A stretch of DNA of 64,000 bases, taken from positions 1,574 through 65,573 of the forward strand of contig JAVEXP010000001.1 of the NCBI GenBank assembly GCA_034003985.1, in the 5' to 3' direction. Positions 1-9,859 of this stretch are shown piece after piece (within the stretch, counting starts at the first letter, position 1; each line of letters opens with the position of its first letter). The DNA comes from Patescibacteria group bacterium. Lineage in GTDB: Bacteria > Patescibacteriota > Patescibacteriia > Buchananbacterales > UBA6539. A model generated the notes under the pieces. That model searched no databases and was not told the DNA's origin. It saw only the letters and a program-made list of their open reading frames with translations. Position numbers and translations under genes: made by a program.

Positions 1-1
1 T

Positions 2-193
2 CATCCGGCTCAAGTGGAATTTGTGAGGCTGTTTTTGCGTTATGTTTTGGAGCAAAGATTGAATATGTCCGAAGCTCAAGCCGCTAGAATCGGCCAGCAA
101 ATTGGCAATATTTTTGTCAGTTTGGGTAAAAAAAGTTATAATAAAATGGCATATTTTGATGTTAAGGCAAAAGAGTTCAAGTGGTTTGAATAA
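2..193 (+). CDS. 3' end of an upstream gene (hypothetical protein; start lies outside window)
   Basis: Open frame from position 2 to a TAA near 191-193 (..MSEAQAARIGQQIGNIFVSLGKKSYNKMAYFDVKAKEFKWFE*). No recognisable family. Confidence 0.3.
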   Translation, partial: HPAQVEFVRLFLRYVLEQRLNMSEAQAARIGQQIGNIFVSLGKKSYNKMAYFDVKAKEFKWFE

Positions 194-278
194 TTTTGAC
201 CAGTGACCTTTGGTTTGGTAAAAATCAAAGGCTAATGGTTAATTCCTAATTGGGGATAGGAAACAAGGAATTGTAACA

Positions 279-1451
279 ATGACCAAAGACAACCAAAGCC
301 ATATTTTTACTTCGGAATCGGTAACCGAAGGTCATCCCGACAAAGTTTGTGATCAGATTTCGGATGCGATTTTAGATGAGCTGATTAAACAAGACAAGAA
401 CAGCCGGGCGGGAATTGAGACTTTGGCAACTACCGGGTTGGTGGTGGTGGCCGGTGAAATCAAGACCAAAGGTTATGTTGATATCGCCGGAGTGGTGCGT
501 CGGACAATTAAAGAGATTGGTTATGACGATCATGCGATTGGTTTTCATCATGAAGATTGCGGGGTAATGGTTTGCATTGACGAACAGAGTCCGGATATTG
601 CTCAGGGGGTTGATGAAGGCAAAGGCAAATTTAAAAAACAGGGGGCGGGTGATCAGGGTTTGATGTTTGGCTATGCCTGTCGGGAGACTCCTGAATTGAT
701 GCCGTTGCCAATCATGCTGGCTCATCAAATTACCAAACGATTATCACAATTGCGAAAAAATGGCACTTTGGGATATTTGCGGCCGGACGGCAAAGCGGAA
801 GTGGCGGTTGAATATGTTGGCCATAAACCAAAAAGAGTGGATACGGTGGTTGTTGCCGCCAGTCACGATGAAGGAGTCTTGGAACAGCGGGTTGAGCGAG
901 ATATTATTAATAAAGTAATTAAGCCGATTGGCGGTAGATATTTAGATAGTAAAACCAGATATTTTGTTAATGCCACCGGCAAATTCGTAAAGTGCGGTCC
1001 GCCGGCTGACGCTGGGTTGACCGGCCGAAAAATTATTGTTGATACTTACGGCGGTTACGGCAGTCACGGTGGCGGGGCGTTTTCCGGGAAAGATCCTTCC
1101 AAAGTGGATCGGTCAGCTTCCTATATGGCCAGATATGTGGCCAAGAATGCGGTGGCTGCCGGTTTGGCCGACCGTTGCGAAGTGCAATTGGCTTATGTCA
1201 TCGGGGTGGCCGAACCAATCAGTATTTTGGTTAATACTTTTGGGACTGGTAGAATAGCCGACAAAAAAATTGAACAACTGATCAGAAAGTATTTTGATTT
1301 GACCCCAAGTGGTATTATTAAAAAATTAAAGTTACTGCGACCGATCTATCGCAAGACGGCAGCTTACGGCCATTTTGGCCGGAAAGATCCGGATTTCTTG
1401 TGGGAAAAAACCGATTTGGCGTCAGCACTGAAAAAAGCGGCCAATTTATAG
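279..1451 (+). CDS. metK: S-adenosylmethionine synthetase
   Basis: 390 aa. N-terminal [25 protein letters not shown] and overall architecture typical of bacterial MetK. Confidence 0.95.
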   Translation: MTKDNQSHIFTSESVTEGHPDKVCDQISDAILDELIKQDKNSRAGIETLATTGLVVVAGEIKTKGYVDIAGVVRRTIKEIGYDDHAIGFHHEDCGVMVCIDEQSPDIAQGVDEGKGKFKKQGAGDQGLMFGYACRETPELMPLPIMLAHQITKRLSQLRKNGTLGYLRPDGKAEVAVEYVGHKPKRVDTVVVAASHDEGVLEQRVERDIINKVIKPIGGRYLDSKTRYFVNATGKFVKCGPPADAGLTGRKIIVDTYGGYGSHGGGAFSGKDPSKVDRSASYMARYVAKNAVAAGLADRCEVQLAYVIGVAEPISILVNTFGTGRIADKKIEQLIRKYFDLTPSGIIKKLKLLRPIYRKTAAYGHFGRKDPDFLWEKTDLASALKKAANL

Positions 1452-1476
1452 ACAATTTTAAGCAAGGTGATAAACC

Positions 1477-2622
1477 ATGGCTGAAGACCAAAACAAAAAT
1501 AACGATGATTTTTTTAGCCTCATTGCCAAAGATCAAAAAATTCAAGACCCTTTTGCGACTGATGAAATACTATTTCAAGACGCCAACGGCAATTTGAAGA
1601 TCTTGAAAGGAGGTAAGGTTTTCGATTATCAAACCGATAGTTCAAAGCCTGAAACTGAAGATGCTGGGCTGGTTGAGCCACCGGTTGAAGTGGTAGCTGA
1701 GCCGCCACCGCCAGTTGCAGTGATTGACAGTTCGCTGACGCAAGAAATCAAGCCGCCGATTGTCCCGCTTGCCAGCAAAGTTGATTTTGACCAAGAGGTT
1801 GATGGTATTGTTAGAAAAGCAGAAATCAAATTTGAGGATGCCGAAGCGGCCAGGCGATTTAGAAGCATCATCATTTCCCGGCTGCGGGGCATCAGGGATC
1901 AAGTTCAGACCAGAGAAGCCTTGCTTAGTTCGCCTTTGCTTGGCGGTATGGGGTTTGACGATTTAATTACCGACAAAATACTTTCCTTAATCAACCAGCA
2001 TTCTCATGATCTTCATGATAAGCTGCGTCAAGAGGTAAGTACTGAACCGTTTTCCGACTTGCGGGCAGAAGCCAGAAAAATTCTTGATCAGCCTTTGACA
2101 ACCGTTCCAAGTATTACTTTTCAAAAAGCATCTTCATCGCCGTCAGGGCCAAGGTTGCCAAAACCGACTCAGACGCCGGTATTGTCAAAGGCCAGCGTAA
2201 CGGCGCCGGAGCCTGAACCAGAAATGTCGTCTCGCCCAATTATTAGTGAATCAACCAGTCGGCCAAAAATTGAGGATATAAAATTCAAACCAAAACTGAT
2301 AGGTCCGGTTGAAGAAATCGGATCAATGACCCTGGTTGATTTCCGGCGGCTATCCAAGGATCCTTTGGAAGCGACCAAAAAAATTATGGAAAAGATTGAT
2401 TTCTTGGAAGCTGAAGAATCTTTCAGTAAGCGGATTGAAGCAATCAGGGCTTGGAAAAGAAGCGAAGTTTACGGAATATATTTGGCTATCGGCGATCAAA
2501 GCATGGAGGAAAAAAAGCCAATTTCGGAAATTATTGCTCAACGCCAGGCGCAGAACCAGCCGACATTGAGCAGCGAGGAGTTTGAAGCCATAATCGAATT
2601 CAATAATAAAATCAGATACTAG
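1477..2622 (+). CDS. hypothetical protein with Pro-rich linker, no TM segment
   Basis: 381-aa ORF, tightly spaced with neighbours. PPVEVVAEPPPPVAV linker. No family recognised. Confidence 0.5.
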   Translation: MAEDQNKNNDDFFSLIAKDQKIQDPFATDEILFQDANGNLKILKGGKVFDYQTDSSKPETEDAGLVEPPVEVVAEPPPPVAVIDSSLTQEIKPPIVPLASKVDFDQEVDGIVRKAEIKFEDAEAARRFRSIIISRLRGIRDQVQTREALLSSPLLGGMGFDDLITDKILSLINQHSHDLHDKLRQEVSTEPFSDLRAEARKILDQPLTTVPSITFQKASSSPSGPRLPKPTQTPVLSKASVTAPEPEPEMSSRPIISESTSRPKIEDIKFKPKLIGPVEEIGSMTLVDFRRLSKDPLEATKKIMEKIDFLEAEESFSKRIEAIRAWKRSEVYGIYLAIGDQSMEEKKPISEIIAQRQAQNQPTLSSEEFEAIIEFNNKIRY

Positions 2623-2627
2623 AATCA

Positions 2628-3086
2628 ATGCAACAGTTTGTCGTGCCACAATTTATCGATGTTGAAGACAAAATCATTGGCCCGATCACGGTCAGGCAGT
2701 TTATCGTGATGTTGGTTGGTGGCGGTTTTATTTTTGTTGCCTATAAGCTCGCTGATTTTACTTTGTTTATCGTGGAAATGATTGCCATTTCATCGATTAC
2801 ATTTGGCGTAGCTTTCATCAAAATTAACGGCCGGCCGATTCATTATTTTTTACTTAATGTTTTACAGACGAGCAAACGACCAAAAATCAGAATTTGGCAA
2901 AAAATGTTTAAAAAAAGTGAGTTGAGCGGCGATAAAAACCAAACACCCATTAGTTTGGTGCCAAAACCTGTTATGCCAAACAAGGTTCGCGCATCACGGT
3001 TGGCCGAAATGGCCTTGATTGTTGATACCGGCGGCGTTTATCAGGGTGAAAAAGAACCGCCGGACAGTAATAACCAGTTATTATGA
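2628..3086 (+). CDS. PrgI-like small membrane protein (T4SS-associated family)
   Basis: 152 aa. N-terminus MQQFVVPQFIDVEDKIIGPITVRQFI followed by two TM helices, resembling the PrgI family of Gram-positive conjugation systems. Overlaps the next gene by 4 nt. Confidence 0.5.
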   Translation: MQQFVVPQFIDVEDKIIGPITVRQFIVMLVGGGFIFVAYKLADFTLFIVEMIAISSITFGVAFIKINGRPIHYFLLNVLQTSKRPKIRIWQKMFKKSELSGDKNQTPISLVPKPVMPNKVRASRLAEMALIVDTGGVYQGEKEPPDSNNQLL

Positions 3087-3760
3087 AATCAAAAAAATTA
3101 GCCAACAAAAAAATTTCCGCCACGACTCAGCAATATCTTGATATCGCCGAGATCAGAGATGATGTCGTAATATTGAAAGACGGAACATTGCGCGCTGTGT
3201 TGTTGGTGTCTAGTCTTAACTTTTCTTTAAAATCCGAAGATGAGCAGAACGCGATTATTGCGGCTTACATCAGTTTTTTGAATTTTTTGGAATTTCCTTT
3301 GCAGATTGTGATTCAGTCACGAAAGTTGGATATTGACGGCTATCTGGATCATTTGCGAAAGCTGGAAAAAGAACAAACCAATGAATTGCTGCGAATGCAG
3401 ACGGCTGAATATCGTCAATATATCGGCGAGTTGGTTGAGATTGGCGATATTATGACCAAACGCTTTTATGTTGTTGTCCCTTATGATCCGATTTCCGACA
3501 AGCAAAAATCGTGGTTTAAGAGATTTTTGGGAGTATTTTCGGCGGCGGCCGAAGTAAAACTTTCGCAGAAAGAGTTTTTAAAGCGTCGCCATGCCCTGTA
3601 CCAGCGGGTGGAAAATATCGTCGGCGGGCTAGCTTCCATGAGCCTGAAATCAGTGGTTTTGGACACTCAGAGTTTGATTGAACTTTATTACAATACTTAC
3701 AATTTGGATGTCTACAATAAACAAAAGATGGTAGAATTAAATAAACTGCGAATTGAATAA
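3083..3760 (+). CDS. VirB4/TraC N-terminal-domain-like protein (possible N-terminal half of a split VirB4)
   Basis: 225 aa. Pattern LDIAEIRDDVVILKDGTLRAVLLVSSLNFSLKSEDEQ resembles the N-terminal region of VirB4/TrbE ATPases. Ends 2 nt before the ATPase ORF, in a different frame. Confidence 0.45.
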   Translation: MKSKKLANKKISATTQQYLDIAEIRDDVVILKDGTLRAVLLVSSLNFSLKSEDEQNAIIAAYISFLNFLEFPLQIVIQSRKLDIDGYLDHLRKLEKEQTNELLRMQTAEYRQYIGELVEIGDIMTKRFYVVVPYDPISDKQKSWFKRFLGVFSAAAEVKLSQKEFLKRRHALYQRVENIVGGLASMSLKSVVLDTQSLIELYYNTYNLDVYNKQKMVELNKLRIE

Positions 3761-3762
3761 TT

Positions 3763-5676
3763 ATGGCCTTTAGACCGCAACAAATTATTAAAGAGGAAAA
3801 ACAGGCTCAGAATCCGCCGGAAGAGGTTTTAAACGCGGAAGAGCAGAAAATCAAAGAAACCGAAGAACTTCAGACTGCCAAAACGGTTTTGGAAGAAGAA
3901 AAAATTTACCGCGAAGGGGTAGTGTCAATTAAGGATTTGATTTCCCCGGCGGCGCTGGAAGTAACGCCGACTTTTGTCCGGATTGGCGGTAAATTTGTTC
4001 GGACTTTGTTTACAATTGCTTACCCCCGTTATATTGCGGTCGGATGGTTTGCGCCGATCATTAATTTGAGCGCGACTTTGGATATTGCCATGTTTTTTTA
4101 TCCGGTTAAGTCAAGTATTATTTTAAAACAGCTGCGCAATAAAGTCGGAGCCCTGGAAGCCCAAATTTTGTCGGATCGGGAAAAAGGCGCGCCACGGGAT
4201 CCGATTAGGGAGACTGCCTTGCGCGATATTGAAAAATTGCGGGATGATTTAACTCAGGGGGTTGAACATTTTTTTCAGTTTGGTTTGTATGTGACATTAT
4301 ACGCCGATTCTAAAAAAGAATTGGAGAATATGACCAATGAGGTTGAGTCGTTATTTGGTTCCAGATTGGTGATGTCTAAGAAAGTGTTGTACCAGGCGGA
4401 GCAGGGATTCAATTCAACTTTGCCGTTGGGTAATGACGAGCTGATGATTGGCTTTAACATGAATTCTTCGCCGGTAGCTTCGTCTTTCCCGTTCATTTCT
4501 TCCGAGTTGACTTCCGACGAAGGCATTTTGTACGGCATTAATCGCCATAATAACAGCTTGATTTTATTTGACCGTTTTTCATTGCAGAATGCCAATATGG
4601 TGGTATTCGCCACTTCCGGCGCCGGCAAGAGTTATGCAATCAAACTGGAAGTCTTGCGCACCATGATGATGGGAACTGATGTGATTGTCATTGATCCGGA
4701 ACGGGAATATAAACATTTGTCCGAAGCGGTCGGCGGGACATATATTAATATTTCTTTAAGTTCGGAGAGCAAAATTAACCCGTTTGATTTACCGCGCGCC
4801 GTGGGTGAACAAAAAACCGCCGATGTTATCAGAGGCTCGGTTATTACTCTCAAAGGATTAATCAAGTTGATGTTGGGCGAACTTAATCATCAGGAAGATT
4901 CGCTGGTTGACCGGGCGTTATTGGAAACTTATGCCAAAAAGGATATTACTGCCGATTCCGACTTGTCTCAAGTTGAGTCGCCAATTATGCAGGATTTCCA
5001 AGATATTTTGGAAGGCATGGAAGGCGGGGCGGATCTGTCGCTGCGGTTGAAGAAATATACCAGCGGCACATTTGCCGGATTATTTAACAGTCCGACCAAT
5101 GTGGATATGAAAAACCAATTGGTGGTATTTTCCGTTCGGGATTTGGAAGACGAACTGAGGCCAATGGCGATTTATACCATCGTTAATTACATTTGGAATG
5201 TTGTCAGGTCGGAACTTAAAAAACGAGTTTTGATCATTGATGAAGCCTGGTGGCTGATGCAAAATGAAGACTCGGCCAAATTTATTTTCGCCTTAGTCAA
5301 GCGTTGTCGCAAATACTATCTGGGAGTAACCAATATCACCCAAGATGTCAATGATTTTTTGCTGTCGCCTTACGGTCAAGCGATCGTTAACAACTCGGCT
5401 TTACAATTATTGATGAGACAATCGCCGGCGGCAATTGATTTGATCCAAAAGACTTTTTTGTTAACTGAGGGGGAGAAGTATTTACTGCTGGAAACCGGAG
5501 TTGGCGAAGGAATATTTTTTGCGGGGGACAAGCATGCGGCCATTAAGGTGGTAGCTTCTTATACCGAAGATCAACTGATTACTTCCGATCCGCGCCAAAT
5601 TTTGGAAATCGAAGAAGCTAAAAGGGAATTTAATGAGACTCACCAAAATGAAGAGCCGGCCGCGGTTAATGATTAG
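3763..5676 (+). CDS. virB4: VirB4/TrbE/CagE-family conjugation-type ATPase (C-terminal ATPase portion)
   Basis: 637 aa. Walker A VVFATSGAGKSYAIKLEV, Walker B-like VLIIDEAWWLM, overall AAA-like/DUF87 VirB4 architecture. Confidence 0.75.
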   Translation: MAFRPQQIIKEEKQAQNPPEEVLNAEEQKIKETEELQTAKTVLEEEKIYREGVVSIKDLISPAALEVTPTFVRIGGKFVRTLFTIAYPRYIAVGWFAPIINLSATLDIAMFFYPVKSSIILKQLRNKVGALEAQILSDREKGAPRDPIRETALRDIEKLRDDLTQGVEHFFQFGLYVTLYADSKKELENMTNEVESLFGSRLVMSKKVLYQAEQGFNSTLPLGNDELMIGFNMNSSPVASSFPFISSELTSDEGILYGINRHNNSLILFDRFSLQNANMVVFATSGAGKSYAIKLEVLRTMMMGTDVIVIDPEREYKHLSEAVGGTYINISLSSESKINPFDLPRAVGEQKTADVIRGSVITLKGLIKLMLGELNHQEDSLVDRALLETYAKKDITADSDLSQVESPIMQDFQDILEGMEGGADLSLRLKKYTSGTFAGLFNSPTNVDMKNQLVVFSVRDLEDELRPMAIYTIVNYIWNVVRSELKKRVLIIDEAWWLMQNEDSAKFIFALVKRCRKYYLGVTNITQDVNDFLLSPYGQAIVNNSALQLLMRQSPAAIDLIQKTFLLTEGEKYLLLETGVGEGIFFAGDKHAAIKVVASYTEDQLITSDPRQILEIEEAKREFNETHQNEEPAAVND

Positions 5677-5688
5677 TAATATAATATT

Positions 5689-6279
5689 ATGAGCAGAAGA
5701 AATAAAATTATCATTGGGCTGGCAGTATTGGTTTTAATTTTATTGCTGCTGGTTTTAGTTTGGTGGCTTTGGCGGGCGGAGCCGGTAATAACGGTGCCGA
5801 CAGACACAATAGAAGTCAGGGAAGGAATCCAAGTTCCAGCCAATCTGCCGACAGCTTCGTTGCCGATTGGCGATGAGGCCGACAGGAATATTGATCCGAC
5901 CGATCAAGCTGCGGTGATGAAGGCGGTGGCCATGACTTTTGCTGAAAGATTTGGTAGTTATTCCAATGAGACTGATTTTTTGAATTTTGACGATTTGCGC
6001 GATATTATGACAGTCCGAATGAGAGCTTGGGTGGAAAATTATAAGGCTCAAAATCCGCTTGATAAAGGCGATAATTATTTTGGAATCAACACCAAAGCGC
6101 TGTCAATTGAAGTGGTTGAGTATGATGTCCAAACCGGCCAGGCCGAGGTGACTGTCGGCACCCAGAGAATGGAAGCCAAAAGCAGTACTGTTAACCCGCG
6201 AGTTTATTATCAAAATATCAGGGTTAATTTGGTGAATTCGGAAAGCGGTTGGAAAGTGGATGCCGCCGAGTGGCTTTAA
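5689..6279 (+). CDS. membrane-anchored hypothetical protein (T4SS-cluster associated)
   Basis: 196 aa. Single N-terminal TM (IIIGLAVLVLILLLLVLVWWLW), then an extracytoplasmic domain. Confidence 0.5.
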   Translation: MSRRNKIIIGLAVLVLILLLLVLVWWLWRAEPVITVPTDTIEVREGIQVPANLPTASLPIGDEADRNIDPTDQAAVMKAVAMTFAERFGSYSNETDFLNFDDLRDIMTVRMRAWVENYKAQNPLDKGDNYFGINTKALSIEVVEYDVQTGQAEVTVGTQRMEAKSSTVNPRVYYQNIRVNLVNSESGWKVDAAEWL

Positions 6280-6325
6280 TTAATCTTGTTAATTTAATTG
6301 CCAACATAGCGAGAAGGATTTTGCT

Positions 6326-6976
6326 ATGTGGCAAAAAGTAATAGATTTATTATTTCCGGTTGAATGTTTGGGTTGTACCAAGATCGGTCAATGGCTTTGC
6401 GATGATTGTTTAAATAATATCGCCATTGCCGAAAAAAATTTTTTAGCTGAAGAAAAATTTAGACCTTTAACGGGTCTAATTGTGGCGCTAGATTACCACC
6501 AGCCGTTGTTTGCCAAGGCGTTACATTGTTATAAATATAATTACATTAAAGACTTGGGAGAATGTTTGGCGCCTTTTTTGATAAAGGCAATCAGCCGAGT
6601 TTATCTGGCCAAAAAGCTTAAAGGATTTGATTTAATAATTCCAATGCCGCTTGCTAGGCAGAGGCTAGTTTGGCGGGGGTTCAACCAATCAGAAATTTTA
6701 GCCAGACTGGTTAGTAAAGAATTTGACTGGCCATTGGCGGATAATGTGATTGCAAGAAAACACCGCCGCCAGCCGCAAGTCGGCTTGGGCGCGACGGCCA
6801 GAATCGAGAATGTCAAAGGAGTGTTTAAAATTAGAGTCCCTTTTGTTCTGACTGACAAGCGGATTTTGCTTATTGATGATGTTTTGACCACCGGCGCCAC
6901 CTTGACTGAATGTGCCAGAATATTAAAATCAGCGGGCGCGGCCGAAGTCTGGGCCGCAGTTTTGGCCAGAGACTGA
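6326..6976 (+). CDS. comFC: ComF-family competence protein (double zinc ribbon + phosphoribosyltransferase domain)
   Basis: N-terminal CxxC...CxxC zinc ribbon (CLGC..CDDC) and C-terminal PRTase motif LLIDDVLTTGATLTE. Confidence 0.8.
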   Translation: MWQKVIDLLFPVECLGCTKIGQWLCDDCLNNIAIAEKNFLAEEKFRPLTGLIVALDYHQPLFAKALHCYKYNYIKDLGECLAPFLIKAISRVYLAKKLKGFDLIIPMPLARQRLVWRGFNQSEILARLVSKEFDWPLADNVIARKHRRQPQVGLGATARIENVKGVFKIRVPFVLTDKRILLIDDVLTTGATLTECARILKSAGAAEVWAAVLARD

Positions 6977-7059
6977 TGATGCCTTTACATCATTGATAAA
7001 GTGTGTTAAAATGTCAGAGTTTTCAAGACGGTACAGCCAGGAGCTTGCCTGCAGTCAAT

Positions 7060-7147
7060 GGAAGGGTGGCAGAGTGGTCGAATGCGGCACACTGCTAACG
7101 TGTTAACCCCTAAACCGGGTTCGCGGGTTCGAATCCCGCCCCTTCCG
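7060..7147 (+). tRNA. tRNA-Ser (anticodon GCU)
   Basis: Cloverleaf with acceptor GGAAGGG/CCCTTCC and T-loop TTCGAAT. Anticodon loop cuGCUaa. Long variable arm typical of Ser. No encoded CCA. Confidence 0.8.
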
Positions 7148-7173
7148 TTGAGTGAAGGGAAGGAGGTAAAAAT

Positions 7174-7701
7174 ATGGATTTAAATTCAATTAAAGAGCAA
7201 GATAAACAAGCCGATATTGATTTAGACAAAGAATACGGCGAAGTTTTTTTTCACTGGAAGTTTTTTGAATTTGCTAAACATCAGCGGAATGAAGGCTGGT
7301 ATTTTTGGGCCGGATTGGTGGTGGTGCTTTTGCTGGTTTATTCAATTGTGGCGGCTGATTTGCTGTTTGGTTTTATTGTGATTTTGGTAACAATGATTTT
7401 GATTCTTTTTAACCGGACGAACAGCGAAATTGATTTTCGGATTACCGAAGACGGTATTTTGATAAATCGGAAGTTATATCAATATAAAGATCTGAAAAAT
7501 TTTTATATCATTTACAATCCGCCGGAAGTCAAAACCCTGTATTTTGAGCCTAAGAGTATTTTGAGTCCCAGAATTCCGGTGGCATTGGAAGATCAAAATC
7601 CAGTAAAAATTCGGGAGTTGTTAAAAAAATATTTGGAAGAAGATCTGGAGAGAGAAGATGAGCCGGTTTCTGATCAAACTTCGCGGATGTTTAAACTTTG
7701 A
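7174..7701 (+). CDS. small 2-TM membrane protein, hypothetical
   Basis: 175-aa ORF between two tRNA genes, preceded by an AAGGAGG RBS. Two hydrophobic helices. Confidence 0.5.
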   Translation: MDLNSIKEQDKQADIDLDKEYGEVFFHWKFFEFAKHQRNEGWYFWAGLVVVLLLVYSIVAADLLFGFIVILVTMILILFNRTNSEIDFRITEDGILINRKLYQYKDLKNFYIIYNPPEVKTLYFEPKSILSPRIPVALEDQNPVKIRELLKKYLEEDLEREDEPVSDQTSRMFKL

Positions 7702-7710
7702 TTTCAGCTT

Positions 7711-7787
7711 GTCCCAGTAGCTCAGTTGGATAGAGCGCAAGCTTGCGGAGCTTGAGGTCGCAGGTTCGACCCCTGCCTGGGACGCCA
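7711..7787 (+). tRNA. tRNA-Arg (anticodon GCG as read; should be confirmed)
   Basis: Acceptor GTCCCAG/CTGGGAC, D-arm AGCTCAGTTGGATAGAGC, anticodon loop ttGCGga, T-arm GCAGGTTCGACCCCTGC, encoded CCA. Confidence 0.75.
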
Positions 7788-7792
7788 TTAAT

Positions 7793-9856
7793 ATGATGGA
7801 TAGTAAATTAACCGTTTCAGTATCACAGGTTGGCCGAGTGGGTAAAACCACCGCTACGCGGCTGAAAAAATTAGGAATTGAGACCGTTAGGGATCTCATT
7901 TTTTATTATCCTTCGCGTTGGCAGGATTTAAGCCAAATTTCCCAGATTGCCAAGATTCAACCGGGGGAAACGATAACGGTCAGAGCCCGGATCAATTTAA
8001 TCAATAATCGTCGCAGTCGATTGAAGAAAAAAATATTGACCGAAGCGCTGGTGAGCGACAACAGCGGGTCAATTAGGGTGATTTGGTTCAATCAATCTTT
8101 TATTACCAAGGTGCTTGAACCGGGAACTGAAGTTTATTTGTCCGGCAAGGCCGATTATGATCGTTATGATTTGCAATTGATAAATCCGGTGTATGAGAAA
8201 GTCGGTTCGGCCGATACCGTCCACACGGCCAGAATTATTCCAATTTATTCTTTGACCAGCAATTTAACTCAAAAGCAGTTAAGATTTTTGATAAAATCAG
8301 TTTTACCTCAGATAAAGTCAATTGAGGAATTTTTGCCCGTTGATGTTATCAAGCGTTACGGGTTGCTAGGCATCCAGGAGTCGTTGGCACAAATTCATTT
8401 TCCTGAAAACAAAAATTTATTGCACCAAGCCATCACCCGCCTTAAATTTGATGAACTTTTTTTGTTTCAGTTGCAGATTGCCAAAAGCCGTTTGGAACTG
8501 GATCGAGCGGCAGCCGAACCAATACCGTTTAATGAAACCGCGACTAAAAATTTTGTCGCAGAGTTACCTTTTGTTTTGACGGCTGATCAGAAAAAAGCCG
8601 CTTGGCAAATAATTGGTGATTTGGAAAAATCCCGCCCGATGAACCGGCTGTTAGAGGGGGATGTCGGTTCGGGCAAGACAATCGTCGCTGCGATGGCAAT
8701 GCTTAATGTTGCTCTGTCCGGGAAACAGACGGTGGTGATGGCACCAACCGAGATTTTGGCCAGCCAGCACTATCAGACTATTAAACTTTTACTTGAGCCA
8801 TTTAATTTCAGGGTCGGGTTGCTTACCAGGAGTCACCAATATTTGGGCAATGAAAAATCCAATAAAAAGGAGCTACTCAACAAATTAAAAACCGGCCAGA
8901 TCGCCGTCATAGTTGGGACTCATACTTTAATTCAAGAAGCTGTTGATTTTTCCGACTTGGCTTTGGCGGTCATTGACGAGCAGCACCGTTTTGGCGTTGA
9001 TCAGCGACGAATTTTGACTGAAAAATCCGGCCATAAAAAAACCGTTCCTCATTTATTGTCGATGACCGCCACGCCCATTCCCCGATCGTTGGCTTTAAGT
9101 CTTTATGGAGATTTGGATATCTCAATTATCAGAGAACTTCCCAAGGAACGCAAACAAGTCATTACCAAACTGATTAGTCCCGCCGATCGCGCCGGCGCTT
9201 ATGATTTCATTAGCCAACAAATCAAAACAGGCAGACAAGTTTTTATTATTTGTCCTTTAATCGATCCGTCCGACAAATTGGGGGTTAAATCGGTGACTTC
9301 CGAATTTGTTAGGTTAAGCCAAGAGGTGTTTTCCGATTTTACTATTTCGATGTTGCACGGCAAAATGAAAGGCGAAGAAAAGGAAAAAATAATGGGCGAT
9401 TTTTTAGCCCAAAAAACCCAAATTTTAGTTTCGACTTCGGTGATTGAAGTTGGGGTAGATGTTCCCAATGCGGCGGTGATGATAATTGAGGGTGCACAGC
9501 GTTTTGGGCTGGCCCAGCTTCATCAGTTTCGTGGTCGGGTTGGGCGGGGACAGCACCAATCGTACTGTTTATTGTTTTCAGAAAACAATAATCCGACTAC
9601 CAGCCAAAGACTTCAGGCATTATTGACAGCCAAAGACGGTTTTGAATTGGCTGAGTTGGATTTAAAATTCAGAGGCCCGGGCGAAATTTACGGCCGAATG
9701 CAGTCCGGTTTTCCGGAATTTAAAATTGCCAAGTTGACCGATCAAGCTTTAATTGGTTTGGCCAAGCAAGCGGCTAGAGAGGTTCTACAACAGGATTTAA
9801 ACCTAGACGATTCTATTAGTTTAAAAAACAAATTAAAAAAAGTTCACTTGGAATAA
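7793..9856 (+). CDS. recG: ATP-dependent DNA helicase RecG
   Basis: 687 aa. Wedge/OB region, helicase motifs GDVGSGKT, DEQHRFGV and TATPIPRS. Confidence 0.95.
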   Translation: MMDSKLTVSVSQVGRVGKTTATRLKKLGIETVRDLIFYYPSRWQDLSQISQIAKIQPGETITVRARINLINNRRSRLKKKILTEALVSDNSGSIRVIWFNQSFITKVLEPGTEVYLSGKADYDRYDLQLINPVYEKVGSADTVHTARIIPIYSLTSNLTQKQLRFLIKSVLPQIKSIEEFLPVDVIKRYGLLGIQESLAQIHFPENKNLLHQAITRLKFDELFLFQLQIAKSRLELDRAAAEPIPFNETATKNFVAELPFVLTADQKKAAWQIIGDLEKSRPMNRLLEGDVGSGKTIVAAMAMLNVALSGKQTVVMAPTEILASQHYQTIKLLLEPFNFRVGLLTRSHQYLGNEKSNKKELLNKLKTGQIAVIVGTHTLIQEAVDFSDLALAVIDEQHRFGVDQRRILTEKSGHKKTVPHLLSMTATPIPRSLALSLYGDLDISIIRELPKERKQVITKLISPADRAGAYDFISQQIKTGRQVFIICPLIDPSDKLGVKSVTSEFVRLSQEVFSDFTISMLHGKMKGEEKEKIMGDFLAQKTQILVSTSVIEVGVDVPNAAVMIIEGAQRFGLAQLHQFRGRVGRGQHQSYCLLFSENNNPTTSQRLQALLTAKDGFELAELDLKFRGPGEIYGRMQSGFPEFKIAKLTDQALIGLAKQAAREVLQQDLNLDDSISLKNKLKKVHLE

Positions 9857-9859
9857 AAA

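Noticed and set aside
184-278. Possible SAM (S-box) riboswitch upstream of metK
   Set aside because: The 95-nt leader has one hairpin (CCTTTGG...CCAAAGG) but is too short. It lacks the multi-helix S-box or SAM-II-like conserved elements I could recognise. It is more likely a terminator or attenuator of the upstream gene.
6977-7059. Inverted repeat ATGATG-cctttac-CATCAT and TTACAT-16-TAAAAT promoter-like element between comFC and tRNA-Ser
   Set aside because: It is plausible as a weak terminator or promoter, but the stem is short (6 bp) with no T-run and the hexamers are degenerate. Not reported as a feature.
7621-7899. 92-aa minus-strand ORF
   Set aside because: It lies across tRNA-Arg and the start of recG, so it is an artefact.
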